Assembly (NCBI RefSeq): GCF_000406145.1
Contig: NZ_CM001976.1
Location: 2,531,067 to 2,563,066, forward strand
Direction: 5' to 3'
Length of the DNA: 32,000 bases
From: Dickeya dadantii NCPPB 898
GTDB lineage: Bacteria > Pseudomonadota > Gammaproteobacteria > Enterobacterales > Enterobacteriaceae
Every line of letters starts with the position of its first letter. Positions within the stretch are counted from its first letter, which is position 1. The notes under the pieces are model-generated. The model did no database searches. It was not told where the DNA came from and saw only the letters and a list, made by a program, of their open reading frames with translations. Position numbers and translations under genes: made by a program. Below, piece after piece: positions 8,450-17,717 of the stretch.

Positions 8450-8584
8450 CGCGCCATAACACGAAAGAACCGGGCAAAAAAGGTTCAGGTGACGTTGTCA
8501 CTGCCACGCAAGGTGACCTGTTCCGCCCGGCACTTTCCTGTCAGGGTCCACAGCCTGATTTCTATCTGAAAGCGAGGAGCAACC

Positions 8585-9421
8585 ATGCAAGTCCGTCAGA
8601 GCATCCATAGCGACCACGCCCGTCAGCTTGATACCGCTGGCCTGCGGCGCGAGTTTCTGATCGAACACATTTTTGATGCAGACGCCTGCACCATGACCTA
8701 TAGCCACATCGATCGAATCATCGTGGGCGGGGTAATGCCCGTTCATCAGGCGGTGACTGTCGGCGAGGATGTAGGAAAACAGCTGGGCGTCAGCTACTTT
8801 CTTGAACGCCGCGAACTGGGCGCAATCAATATCGGCGGCGCCGGCGTAGTCAGTGTAGACGGCGAACGCTATGCAATCGGTCACGAAGAAGCCATTTATA
8901 TCGGCAAAGGCGCGCGGGATATCCGTTTTACCAGCGTAGACCCGGCCAAACCTGCCCGTTTCTACTATAACAGCGCGCCGGCGCACACCACCTTTCCGAC
9001 ACGCAAGATTACCGCTGCAGAAGCCTCCCCGCAGACAATCGGTGATGACGCGACCAGCAATCGTCGGACCATCAACAAGTATATCGTTCCGGATGTGTTG
9101 CCCACCTGCCAGCTCACCATGGGGTTAACCAAGCTGGCGGAAGGCAGTCTCTGGAACACCATGCCGTGCCATACCCATGAGCGCCGCATGGAAGTCTATT
9201 TTTATTTCGATATGGATGAAGAAACGGCGGTGTTCCACATGATGGGACAGCCACAGGAAACCCGCCACATTCTGGTGCACAACGAGCAGGCGGTGATTTC
9301 ACCGAGCTGGTCGATTCATTCAGGTGTAGGCACCAAACGCTACACCTTTATCTGGGGTATGGTTGGCGAGAATCAGGTTTTCTCAGACATGGATCACGTC
9401 AAAGTTAGCGAACTACGCTAG
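8585..9421 (+). CDS. kduI: 5-dehydro-4-deoxy-D-glucuronate (4-deoxy-L-threo-5-hexosulose-uronate) isomerase
   Basis: 278 aa from [27 protein letters not shown] to the end. This is full-length KduI, with SD GAGGAG upstream. Confidence 0.95.
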   Translation: MQVRQSIHSDHARQLDTAGLRREFLIEHIFDADACTMTYSHIDRIIVGGVMPVHQAVTVGEDVGKQLGVSYFLERRELGAINIGGAGVVSVDGERYAIGHEEAIYIGKGARDIRFTSVDPAKPARFYYNSAPAHTTFPTRKITAAEASPQTIGDDATSNRRTINKYIVPDVLPTCQLTMGLTKLAEGSLWNTMPCHTHERRMEVYFYFDMDEETAVFHMMGQPQETRHILVHNEQAVISPSWSIHSGVGTKRYTFIWGMVGENQVFSDMDHVKVSELR

Positions 9422-9447
9422 CGGCTTACCCAATAATTTCGCGTTGC

Positions 9448-9551
9448 GGGAAAGTGGCAAATGAGCGCGTCCCCGGTCAGTCATCGGGATGAGTGACAGC
9501 AGCCAGCAAGCCGGCAACCTGAAATATGACGGGTATAAACCGGTATTTCCC
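9448..9551. repeat. ERIC/IRU-like intergenic repeat (imperfect palindrome), probably truncated
   Basis: ...GAGCGCGTCCCCGGTCAGTCATCGGGATGAGTGACAGCAGCCAGCAAGCCGGCAACCTGAAATATGACGGGTATAAA... resembles the ERIC consensus segments AAGTAAGTGAC, GCAGCCAACGCA and CTTGAAGTATGACGGGTAT as I recall them. The ends GGGAAA (9448) and TTTCCC (9546) are complementary. Confidence 0.4.
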
Positions 9552-9602
9552 TACAGTAACAAGCTCACGACAAAACATGTCGTTTACAGAGAGATTAAAG
9601 CT

Positions 9603-10364
9603 ATGATTCTGAATACATTCAATTTACAGGGCAAAGTGGCACTGATCACCGGTTGCGATACCGGCCTGGGTCAGGGTATGGCGGTCGGTCTGGCTGAAGC
9701 GGGCTGCGACATCGTCGGCGTCAACATCGTTGAGCCGAAAGAAACCATCGAAAAAGTCACCGCGGTAGGCCGTCGCTTCCTCAGCCTGACCGCTGACATG
9801 AGCGATATCTCCGGTCACGCCGCGCTGGTGGAAAAAGCCGTTGCCGAGTTCGGTAAAGTGGACATTCTGGTCAACAACGCCGGTATCATCCGTCGTGAAG
9901 ACGCCATCGAGTTCAGCGAAAAGAACTGGGACGATGTGATGAACCTGAACATCAAGAGTGTGTTCTTCATGTCGCAGACGGTTGCTCGTCAGTTCATCAA
10001 GCAGGGTCATGGCGGTAAAATTATTAATATCGCGTCCATGCTGTCCTTCCAGGGCGGTATCCGTGTACCGTCTTACACCGCATCCAAGAGCGCGGTCATG
10101 GGCATCACCCGTCTGCTGGCCAATGAATGGGCGAAACATAACATCAACGTCAACGCCATCGCTCCCGGCTACATGGCGACCAACAACACACAGCAGCTGC
10201 GCGCCGATCAGGACCGTAGCAAGGAAATTCTGGACCGTATCCCGGCGGGTCGTTGGGGTCTGCCGCAGGACTTGCAGGGTCCGGCCGTGTTCCTGGCATC
10301 CAGCGCATCCGATTATGTGAACGGTTACACCATTGCCGTTGATGGCGGCTGGTTGGCTCGCTAA
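9603..10364 (+). CDS. kduD: 2-dehydro-3-deoxy-D-gluconate 5-dehydrogenase (SDR family)
   Basis: From the ATG at 9603 the product is 253 aa (MILNTFNLQGKVALITGCDTGLGQGMA...GGWLAR), collinear with E. coli KduD. The track start at 9489 lies in the ERIC-like repeat and is spurious. Confidence 0.95.
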   Translation: MILNTFNLQGKVALITGCDTGLGQGMAVGLAEAGCDIVGVNIVEPKETIEKVTAVGRRFLSLTADMSDISGHAALVEKAVAEFGKVDILVNNAGIIRREDAIEFSEKNWDDVMNLNIKSVFFMSQTVARQFIKQGHGGKIINIASMLSFQGGIRVPSYTASKSAVMGITRLLANEWAKHNINVNAIAPGYMATNNTQQLRADQDRSKEILDRIPAGRWGLPQDLQGPAVFLASSASDYVNGYTIAVDGGWLAR

Positions 10365-10390
10365 TTTTTCCGCAAAATTTTTTTGTGATC

Positions 10391-10424
10391 GAAGGCACAA
10401 TACTGAATTGTGCCTTTCTTTTAT
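10391..10424 (+). terminator. Intrinsic terminator after kduD
   Basis: GAAGGCACAAT-ACTGA-ATTGTGCCTTTC followed by TTTTAT. Confidence 0.8.
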
Positions 10425-10532
10425 CTATCAATAATTTATCATCAACCCGCCTTTCCTCTTCGTTTCCAAATCTTCCATAAAAAATTTTCAAAACAACGTT
10501 CCGACTTTGATCACACTTTCGATATTGAGCGC

Positions 10533-10562
10533 ATGACGAAAATAGAAGTTGGGCAATATAAT
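10533..10562 (+). promoter_or_regulatory. Candidate pelW-tog operon promoter
   Basis: ATGACG (10533-10538), 18-nt spacer, perfect TATAAT (10557-10562). Confidence 0.45.
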
Positions 10563-10564
10563 CA

Positions 10565-10583
10565 ATCAAAACAATGTTTCTAT
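10565..10583. promoter_or_regulatory. KdgR operator just downstream of the pelW -10
   Basis: In ATCAAAACAATGTTTCTAT, the core AAACAATGTTTC matches AAAYRNYRTTTY exactly. The flanks are weaker. Confidence 0.55.
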
Positions 10584-10625
10584 TTATAAGGAACTGTTTC
10601 GCTCAGTTCTGAAAGAAGGTACTCC

Positions 10626-12257
10626 ATGAGTATTTTTACTGATTTGAACACCAGCAGAAAATGGCAAATCGACCAGTGGCTCTCGGCGGTTAACAGCCAT
10701 ATTGAAAAGATTCAGCAATACGGCCACAGCGTAGTCAACCCAACGCCGTTATTGGCTGACGGATTTGAGATAAAAACACAGTCTCCAGTTGTCTGGCAGT
10801 TTCCCGATGGTCATGATGCTCCGATTTCTAACTTCGCCAGCCAGCAAAACTGGCTGCGGTTATTAATTTCCATGAGCGTCATCACAGAAACGGAAAAATA
10901 TCGTCATCTGGCATTCTGTCAGAGCGAATATTTTCTGAATCGCTTTGTCGATGAAAATAGCGGGCTTTTTTATTGGGGTGGCCATCGTTTTATTAATCTC
11001 GATACGCTGGCAAGCGAAGGCCCGGAATCCAAATCAATGGTGCATGAATTAAAACACCATCTGCCCTATTACGAATTTCTGCATCAGGTCAACCCGGAAA
11101 AAACCCGCCATTTCATTCAGGGATTCTGGAATGCTCACGTCGAAGACTGGAGTTGCCTGGATCTGGGCCGCCATGGTGATTACGCCAGACAACGCGATCC
11201 GGACGTGTTTCTGCATTCCCGCCATGATGTGGTCACCCCAGCCAACTGGCCGGAGTTACCGCTGACCAAAGGGCTGACCTTCGTCAATGCCGGCACCGAC
11301 CTGATCTATGCCGCCTTTGTCTACGCGCGCCACACCGGCGACGCGCACGCGGCGGCCTGGGGCAAGCACCTCTATCGTCAATATGTGCTGGCGCGTAACC
11401 CGGAAACCGGTATGCCGGTTTACCAGTTTAGCTCTCCTTTGCAACGCCAGCCTGTGCCGGCGGACGACAACCAGACCCAATCCTGGTTTGGCGACCGCGC
11501 CCAGCGGCAATTTGGGCCGGAGTTTGGCGCCATTGCCCGTGAAGCCAACGTGCTGTTTCGCGACATGCGCCCGCTGCTGATCGATAACCCACTGGCCATG
11601 CTCGATATTCTGCGCCATCAACCCGATGCGGAAATCCTGACATGGGTGATCGCCGGCCTGAAAAACTACTATCAATACGCGTACGACGTTAACAGCAATA
11701 GCCTGCGCCCGATGTGGAATAACGGTCAGGACATGACCGGCTACTGCTTCAAACGCGACGGTTACTACGGCAAAGCCGGCACCGTGCTGAAGCCCTTCCC
11801 GCTGGAAGGCGACTACCTGCTGCCGCTGGTACGTGCCTGGCTCCTGAGCGACGATGACGACCTGCACACACTGATCGTCACCATGCTGTCCCGACTGGAG
11901 AAACAAGGCATCCACCAATCCGCTTCGCCGTTCCTGCTGCTGGCGATTACCGAACTGGCGCACGCCAAACAGTCGGCGCAGTGGGCGGAATATGCCTGGC
12001 AAATGGCGGAAATTTTATTTAAGCGCTATTTCCATCACGGTTTATTCGTACGTTCTGAACATCATCGTTATGTGCGGCTTGATGATCCCTTCCCAGCCAT
12101 TCTGCTGACGCTGATCGCTGCCTGCAGAAATAAATGGTCGGAAGTTCCTGCGGTCCTGACACAAGGGGGATACATCCATGGAGATTATCGAATTAATGGA
12201 GAAAGCCGGGTTATTTACGACACGGAATTTATTTACCCAGAAAAATTAATCCACTGA
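10626..12257 (+). CDS. pelW: Cytoplasmic exopolygalacturonate lyase PelW (polysaccharide lyase family 2)
   Basis: 543 aa with no signal peptide. The size and the position, immediately upstream of togMNAB and downstream of kduD, match the described pelW-togMNAB operon. SD GAAGG upstream. Confidence 0.8.
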   Translation: MSIFTDLNTSRKWQIDQWLSAVNSHIEKIQQYGHSVVNPTPLLADGFEIKTQSPVVWQFPDGHDAPISNFASQQNWLRLLISMSVITETEKYRHLAFCQSEYFLNRFVDENSGLFYWGGHRFINLDTLASEGPESKSMVHELKHHLPYYEFLHQVNPEKTRHFIQGFWNAHVEDWSCLDLGRHGDYARQRDPDVFLHSRHDVVTPANWPELPLTKGLTFVNAGTDLIYAAFVYARHTGDAHAAAWGKHLYRQYVLARNPETGMPVYQFSSPLQRQPVPADDNQTQSWFGDRAQRQFGPEFGAIAREANVLFRDMRPLLIDNPLAMLDILRHQPDAEILTWVIAGLKNYYQYAYDVNSNSLRPMWNNGQDMTGYCFKRDGYYGKAGTVLKPFPLEGDYLLPLVRAWLLSDDDDLHTLIVTMLSRLEKQGIHQSASPFLLLAITELAHAKQSAQWAEYAWQMAEILFKRYFHHGLFVRSEHHRYVRLDDPFPAILLTLIAACRNKWSEVPAVLTQGGYIHGDYRINGESRVIYDTEFIYPEKLIH

Positions 12258-12301
12258 TTTTATTTTTACAGATTCACCATTACTAAAAGTAGGTAGGCAT
12301 T

Positions 12302-13192
12302 ATGAATGAAAACAGAATGCTGGGGTTAGCTTATATCTCCCCCTATATAATAGGGTTGATAGTTTTTACCGCTTTCCCCTTTCTTTCATCGTTTGTACTC
12401 AGTTTTACTGAGTATGATTTAATGAGTCCGCCCACATTCACCGGTCTGGAGAATTACCACCGGATGTTTATGGAGGACGATCTTTTCTGGAAATCCATGG
12501 GAGTCACCTTTGCTTATGTGTTCCTGACCATCCCGCTAAAACTGATTTTCGCACTGCTGATCGCGTTCGTGCTGAATTTCAAGCTGCGCGGAATCGGTTT
12601 TTTCCGTACCGCCTACTACGTGCCGTCGATTCTCGGCAGTAGCGTGGCTATTGCCGTACTGTGGCGCGCCCTGTTCGCTATCGATGGGCTGCTGAACAGC
12701 TTTATCGGCGTTTTCGGCCTCGATCCGGTCAACTGGCTGGGTGAACCGTCGCTGGCGCTGATGTCGGTAACCCTGCTGCGCGTCTGGCAGTTCGGTTCCG
12801 CCATGGTGATCTTCCTGGCTGCGTTGCAGAACGTGCCGCAATCCCAGTATGAAGCCGCAATGATCGACGGCGCCTCGAAATGGCAGATGTTTCTGAAAGT
12901 GACCGTGCCGCTGATTACGCCGGTTATCTTCTTCAACTTCATCATGCAGACTACGCAGGCGTTCCAGGAATTCACCGCGCCCTACGTCATTACCGGCGGC
13001 GGCCCAACCCACTACACCTATCTGTTCTCGCTCTATATCTATGATACGGCCTTCAAGTATTTCGATATGGGGTACGGCGCGGCTCTGGCATGGGTGCTGT
13101 TCCTGGTGGTAGCCGTATTCGCCGCTATCTCCTTCAAATCGTCTAAATACTGGGTGTTCTATTCCGCCGATAAAGGAGGAAAAAATGGCTGA
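12302..13192 (+). CDS. togM: Oligogalacturonide ABC transporter permease
   Basis: 296-aa MalF/CUT1-type permease with the EAA-like loop (EAAMIDGASKWQMFLKVTVP). Confidence 0.9.
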   Translation: MNENRMLGLAYISPYIIGLIVFTAFPFLSSFVLSFTEYDLMSPPTFTGLENYHRMFMEDDLFWKSMGVTFAYVFLTIPLKLIFALLIAFVLNFKLRGIGFFRTAYYVPSILGSSVAIAVLWRALFAIDGLLNSFIGVFGLDPVNWLGEPSLALMSVTLLRVWQFGSAMVIFLAALQNVPQSQYEAAMIDGASKWQMFLKVTVPLITPVIFFNFIMQTTQAFQEFTAPYVITGGGPTHYTYLFSLYIYDTAFKYFDMGYGAALAWVLFLVVAVFAAISFKSSKYWVFYSADKGGKNG

Positions 13193-14087
13193 TATTCATT
13201 CCCCACTGTCTGCACAGGCTATTGCAGCGGCAGAAGTTCGCCGCACGCTACGTCGTGAAAAGATCAATGCGGGCTTCCGTTACACCATTCTACTGGCTGT
13301 CGGCATTCTGATGCTCTACCCGCTGGCGTGGATGTTCTCGGCGTCGTTCAAACCGAACCACGAGATCTTCACCACCCTCAGTCTGTGGCCGGCACACGCA
13401 ACCTGGGATGGCTTTATCAATGGCTGGAAAACCGGCACCGAATACAACTTCGGTCACTACATGATCAATACCTTCAAGTATGTGATTCCGAAGGTAGCGC
13501 TGACGGTGATCTCCTCCACCATCGTGGCTTACGGCTTTGCCCGGTTTGAGATTCCGTGGAAGAACTTCTGGTTCGCCACGCTGATCGCCACCATGCTGTT
13601 GCCGAGCACCGTACTGTTGATTCCTCAGTACATCATGTTCCGTGAGATGGGCATGCTGAACAGCTACCTGCCGCTGTATGTGCCGGTTGCGTTCGCTACA
13701 CAAGGGTTCTTCGTGTTCATGCTGATCCAGTTCCTGCGCGGCGTACCGCGCGATATGGAAGAAGCGGCGCAAATCGATGGCTGCAACTCCTGGCAGGTGC
13801 TGTGGTACGTGGTAGTGCCGATTCTGAAACCGGCCATCATTTCGGTCGCCTTGTTCCAGTTTATGTGGTCAATGAACGACTTTATCGGCCCGCTGATTTA
13901 CGTTTACAGCGTGGACAAATACCCGATTGCGTTGGCTCTGAAAATGTCTATCGACGTTACGGAAGGCGCACCGTGGAACGAAATTCTGGCAATGGCGAGC
14001 ATCTCCATTCTGCCGTCTATCATCATCTTCTTCATGGCTCAGCGCTACTTCGTTCAGGGCGTTACCAGCAGCGGAATTAAAGGTTAA
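13185..14087 (+). CDS. togN: Oligogalacturonide ABC transporter permease
   Basis: 300-aa MalG-type permease (EEAAQIDGCNSWQVLWYVVVP). Its start overlaps the togM stop by 8 nt. Confidence 0.9.
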   Translation: MADIHSPLSAQAIAAAEVRRTLRREKINAGFRYTILLAVGILMLYPLAWMFSASFKPNHEIFTTLSLWPAHATWDGFINGWKTGTEYNFGHYMINTFKYVIPKVALTVISSTIVAYGFARFEIPWKNFWFATLIATMLLPSTVLLIPQYIMFREMGMLNSYLPLYVPVAFATQGFFVFMLIQFLRGVPRDMEEAAQIDGCNSWQVLWYVVVPILKPAIISVALFQFMWSMNDFIGPLIYVYSVDKYPIALALKMSIDVTEGAPWNEILAMASISILPSIIIFFMAQRYFVQGVTSSGIKG

Positions 14088-14100
14088 TTGAGGATTTATC

Positions 14101-15228
14101 ATGGCTGAAGTCATTTTCAACAAACTGGAAAAAGTTTACTCCAACGGTTTCAAAGCAGTTCACGGTATCGACCTGACGATCAATGACGGCGAATTCATGG
14201 TGATCGTAGGGCCGTCCGGCTGTGCGAAATCCACTACCCTGCGCATGCTGGCCGGTCTGGAAACCATCAGCGGCGGCGAAGTCCGCATCGGTGAGAAGAT
14301 CGTCAACAACCTGGCGCCGAAGGATCGCGGCATTGCGATGGTGTTCCAGAACTATGCGCTCTACCCGCATATGACGGTGCGCGAAAACCTGGCCTTCGGC
14401 CTGAAACTCAGCAAAATGCCGAAAGACAAGATCGAAGCGCAGGTTAACGAAGCGGCCAAGATTCTGGAACTGGAAGAGTTGATGGATCGCCTGCCGCGCC
14501 AGTTGTCCGGCGGTCAGGCCCAGCGTGTGGCGGTAGGTCGCGCCATCGTGAAAAAGCCGGATGTGTTCCTGTTCGACGAACCGCTTTCCAACCTGGACGC
14601 CAAGCTGCGTGCCTCCATGCGTATTCGTATCTCGGATCTGCATAAACAGTTGAAAAAGAGCGGTCACCCGGCCACCAGCGTTTACGTGACTCATGACCAG
14701 ACCGAAGCCATGACCATGGGCGATCGTATCTGCGTCATGAAGCTCGGCCACATCATGCAGGTGGATACGCCGGATAATCTCTATCACTTCCCGAAAAACA
14801 TGTTCGTCGCCGGCTTTATCGGCGCGCCGGAAATGAACATCAAACCGGGCAAGCTGCTGGAAGAAAACGGCCAGATCACGCTGCAGGTAGGCCAGTACAC
14901 CATGAGCCTTAACCAAGCCAAACAGGACAAAGTACGTGGTTACGTCGGCAAGGACATCTGCTTCGGCGTTCGCCCGGAATACGTCACGGTATCGGAAGCG
15001 CCTTTCGACGGAGGTCACTTCCAGGGCGAACTAGTGCGTGCCGAAAACATGGGCCACGAATTCTTTATGTACATCAAGGTCGATGGTTTTGAACTGACCA
15101 GCCGCATGCCGTCCGACGAAGCTCGGGTGATTATCAATAACAGAATGAATAGTAAGGTGTATTTCAAATTTGATATGGATAAATGCCATATCTTTGATGC
15201 AAAAACAGAACAAAATATCTCTCTTTAA
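14101..15228 (+). CDS. togA: Oligogalacturonide ABC transporter ATP-binding protein
   Basis: 375 aa with Walker A GPSGCAKST, signature LSGGQAQR and Walker B VFLFDEP. It is MalK-like with a C-terminal regulatory domain. Confidence 0.95.
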   Translation: MAEVIFNKLEKVYSNGFKAVHGIDLTINDGEFMVIVGPSGCAKSTTLRMLAGLETISGGEVRIGEKIVNNLAPKDRGIAMVFQNYALYPHMTVRENLAFGLKLSKMPKDKIEAQVNEAAKILELEELMDRLPRQLSGGQAQRVAVGRAIVKKPDVFLFDEPLSNLDAKLRASMRIRISDLHKQLKKSGHPATSVYVTHDQTEAMTMGDRICVMKLGHIMQVDTPDNLYHFPKNMFVAGFIGAPEMNIKPGKLLEENGQITLQVGQYTMSLNQAKQDKVRGYVGKDICFGVRPEYVTVSEAPFDGGHFQGELVRAENMGHEFFMYIKVDGFELTSRMPSDEARVIINNRMNSKVYFKFDMDKCHIFDAKTEQNISL

Positions 15229-15242
15229 CAGGAGTATAACCG

Positions 15243-16535
15243 ATGAAAAAAGTAATCCTACGCACATTGATTGCCTCTTCTCTGGCGCTGATGGCTCATC
15301 AGTCTTTCGCTGCCGACCAGGTTGACCTGCGCATGTCATGGTGGGGGGGCAACGGACGCCACCAGGTCACGCTGAAAGCCATTGAGGAATTCCAGAAACA
15401 GTACCCGAACATCAAAGTGAAGGCGGAATACACCGGTTGGGACGGGCATTTGTCCCGTCTGACGACACAGATCGCCGGCAACACCGAACCGGATGTGATG
15501 CAAACCAACTGGAACTGGTTGCCCATTTTCTCCCGCACCGGTGACGGTTTCTACGACCTGAACAAAATGAAAGACGTGCTGGATCTGTCGCAGTTTGAAG
15601 CAAAAGAACTGCAGGCCACCACGGTAGACGGCAAGCTGAACGGGATTCCGATCTCCGTCACGGCGCGCGTGTTCTATTACAACACCGAAACCTGGAAGAA
15701 ATCCGGTTTGACCGCGCCGAAAACCTGGGATGAGCTGCTGAACGCCGGTAAAGTGTTCAAGGAAAAACTGGGCGACCAGTCCTACCCGCTGGTACTGGAG
15801 CATCAGGATTCACTGGCGCTGCTGAATTCCTACATGGTGCAGAAATACAACATTCCGGCGGTAGACGAGAAGAACAAGAAATTCTCCTATACCGACGCGC
15901 AATGGGTGGAATTCTTCCAGATGTACAAAAAACTGGTTGATGCCCACGTCATGCCGTCCGCGAAATACTATGCGTCGTTCGGCAAGAGCAACATGTATGA
16001 AATGAAACCGTGGATTACCGGTGACTGGGGCGGCATATACATGTGGAACTCCACCATCAACAAGTACTCCGATAACCTGCAGCCGCCGGCCAAGCTGGAA
16101 CTGGGCGCCTACCCGATGTTGCCGGGCGCCAAAGAAGCCGGTCTGTTCTTCAAACCGGCCCAGATGTTGTCCATCGGCAAATCCACTAAGCACCCGAAAG
16201 AAGCAGCCATGCTGATTAACTATCTGTTGAACAGCAAGGAAGGCATCCAGGCGCTGGGTCTGGAGCGTGGCGTGCCGTTGAGCAAAGCCGCCGTCGCCCA
16301 GCTGCGCGCCGATGGCGTCATCAAGGATAACGACCCGTCGGTAGCCGGTCTGAATCTGGCCTTGTCTTTGCCGCATGAAACCAAGACATCGCCTTATTTC
16401 GATGACCCGCAGATTGTCGCCCTGTTTGGTGATTCCATTCAGTATATCGATTACGAGCAGAAATCCGTGGAAGAAACCGCCAAATACTTCCAGCGTCAGG
16501 CTGATCGTATTCTGAAGCGCGCCATGAAAGAATAA
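15243..16535 (+). CDS. togB: Periplasmic oligogalacturonide-binding protein
   Basis: 430 aa with a signal peptide MKKVILRTLIASSLALMAHQSFA and a family-1 solute-binding fold. It is the last gene of the tog operon. Confidence 0.9.
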   Translation: MKKVILRTLIASSLALMAHQSFAADQVDLRMSWWGGNGRHQVTLKAIEEFQKQYPNIKVKAEYTGWDGHLSRLTTQIAGNTEPDVMQTNWNWLPIFSRTGDGFYDLNKMKDVLDLSQFEAKELQATTVDGKLNGIPISVTARVFYYNTETWKKSGLTAPKTWDELLNAGKVFKEKLGDQSYPLVLEHQDSLALLNSYMVQKYNIPAVDEKNKKFSYTDAQWVEFFQMYKKLVDAHVMPSAKYYASFGKSNMYEMKPWITGDWGGIYMWNSTINKYSDNLQPPAKLELGAYPMLPGAKEAGLFFKPAQMLSIGKSTKHPKEAAMLINYLLNSKEGIQALGLERGVPLSKAAVAQLRADGVIKDNDPSVAGLNLALSLPHETKTSPYFDDPQIVALFGDSIQYIDYEQKSVEETAKYFQRQADRILKRAMKE

Positions 16536-16558
16536 ACGTTAATTAGTTGTCTGTTTTA

Positions 16559-16590
16559 AGCCCCGTGCTCTCCGCCGGGGCTTTTTTATT
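16559..16590 (+). terminator. Intrinsic terminator after togB
   Basis: AGCCCCG (16559-16565) pairs with CGGGGCT (16576-16582), followed by TTTTTTATT. Confidence 0.85.
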
Positions 16591-16593
16591 AAA

Positions 16594-16682
16594 AATGAAA
16601 CAAAATGAATCATACTGTCGATCATCGTCACAATTTGAAATCATTTTGAATTTATTGTGATTCTAAAAGATCGAGATCACAA
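16594..16682. promoter_or_regulatory. kdgM control region: KdgR-like half box plus nested TGTGAT/ATCACA inverted repeats
   Basis: AATGAAAC at 16594-16601 is a left KdgR half-site, repeated as AATGAAT at 16604. TCACAAT (16628-16634), ATTGTGA/TTGTGAT (16654-16661) and ATCACAA (16676-16682) form two overlapping inverted repeats. Confidence 0.35.
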
Positions 16683-16784
16683 AACGATATTAAATAATCC
16701 ATAAAATAGAACTTGTTCCATAAGAACACATCGATTTTATTTTTTTATTCTTTTCTTTATCTGTATATCTATAGGGAAAATACA

Positions 16785-17495
16785 ATGAAGATTAAATTAT
16801 TAACTTTGGCTGTTGCATCTCTGGTTAGCGTCAATGCTCTGGCTGTATCTATCGACTATCGTCATGAAATGCAGGATACCGCTCAGGCCGGTCATAAAGA
16901 TCGTCTGTTAATCTCTCACCGTTTTGCTAATGGTTTCGGATTATCTTCCGAAGTAAAATGGGCGCAATCCAGTGCGGATAAAACCCCAAATAAACCATTT
17001 AATGAGCAGGTCAGTAACGGAACGGAAGTTGTCGCCAGCTACGTTTATAAATTCAATAGCGTCTTTTCTATCGAACCAGGTTTTTCTTTAGAATCAGGCT
17101 CTTCAAATAACAACTATCGTCCATACCTGCGTGGACGCGCCAATGTGACCGATGATTTGTCTGTCGCCTTGCGTTATCGCCCTTACTTCAAACGTAATAG
17201 CGGTAATATTGGTAAAGATAACACCATGGACAAAGGTTATACCCTGACCGGTAATATCGATTATAGCTTCCTGAAGGATTACACCATCGGCTACGAGCTG
17301 GAGTACAAAAAAGGAACGTCTGGCAAAACTATTCTGGCTGACAACGATGATTATGACATTACTCATAACGTGAAATTGTCTTATAAATGGGACAAAAACT
17401 GGAAGCCGTATGTTGAAGTCGGCAACGTTTCCGGTTCTGAAACCACCGATGAGCGCCAGACGCGTTACCGCGTAGGCGTGCAGTACAGCTTCTGA
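16785..17495 (+). CDS. kdgM: Oligogalacturonate-specific outer-membrane porin KdgM
   Basis: The ATG at 16785 has AGGGAAAA upstream and gives 236 aa with signal peptide MKIKLLTLAVASLVSVNALA. The protein has small beta-barrel character and a C-terminal ...YRVGVQYSF. The track start at 16713 is upstream in AT-rich DNA. Confidence 0.9.
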   Translation: MKIKLLTLAVASLVSVNALAVSIDYRHEMQDTAQAGHKDRLLISHRFANGFGLSSEVKWAQSSADKTPNKPFNEQVSNGTEVVASYVYKFNSVFSIEPGFSLESGSSNNNYRPYLRGRANVTDDLSVALRYRPYFKRNSGNIGKDNTMDKGYTLTGNIDYSFLKDYTIGYELEYKKGTSGKTILADNDDYDITHNVKLSYKWDKNWKPYVEVGNVSGSETTDERQTRYRVGVQYSF

Positions 17496-17506
17496 TAGCT
17501 GCCCGT

Positions 17507-17526
17507 GGCGCCGGAATACCGGCGCC
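17507..17526 (+). terminator. GC-rich hairpin 12 nt after the kdgM stop (terminator or RNA stabiliser; no U tract)
   Basis: GGCGCCGG-AATA-CCGGCGCC, followed by GAAAATGG. Confidence 0.4.
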
Positions 17527-17672
17527 GAAAATGGATGATAAATAACACAGCAATAAATTGTCATTTATCATCCCGGCTAATTACCTAACGGGAATTAGTC
17601 AAACCATCAATTCGTCTTTTAAATTTCTGCGTCTGTTTCCCTCACAGGGAAATAATGCCATTCGCCAATTTG

Positions 17673-17717
17673 GGTAAACATTTTGCTCTCTTCGATGAAA
17701 TGTTTACCTGTTTTTTT
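17673..17717 (+). terminator. 11-bp inverted repeat followed by T7 in the kdgM-paeX spacer (terminator-like, or an operator)
   Basis: GGTAAACATTT (17673-17683), a 14-nt loop, AAATGTTTACC (17698-17708), then TG and TTTTTTT (17711-17717). Confidence 0.4.

Noticed and set aside
10626-12257. Initial thought that this gene after kduD was ogl (oligogalacturonate lyase)
   Set aside because: Ogl is about 390 aa. This product is 543 aa and sits at the head of togMNAB, which matches PelW (PL2), so it is called pelW instead.
14077-15018. 313-aa minus-strand ORF opposite togA, with similar antisense ORFs opposite manZ (1467-2165), kduD (9624-10400), pelW (11256-12002), paeX (17884-18666) and nadE (21712-22371)
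   Set aside because: All lie fully inside genes with clear homology on the other strand. They are typical stop-codon-poor antisense frames of GC-rich, codon-biased genes.
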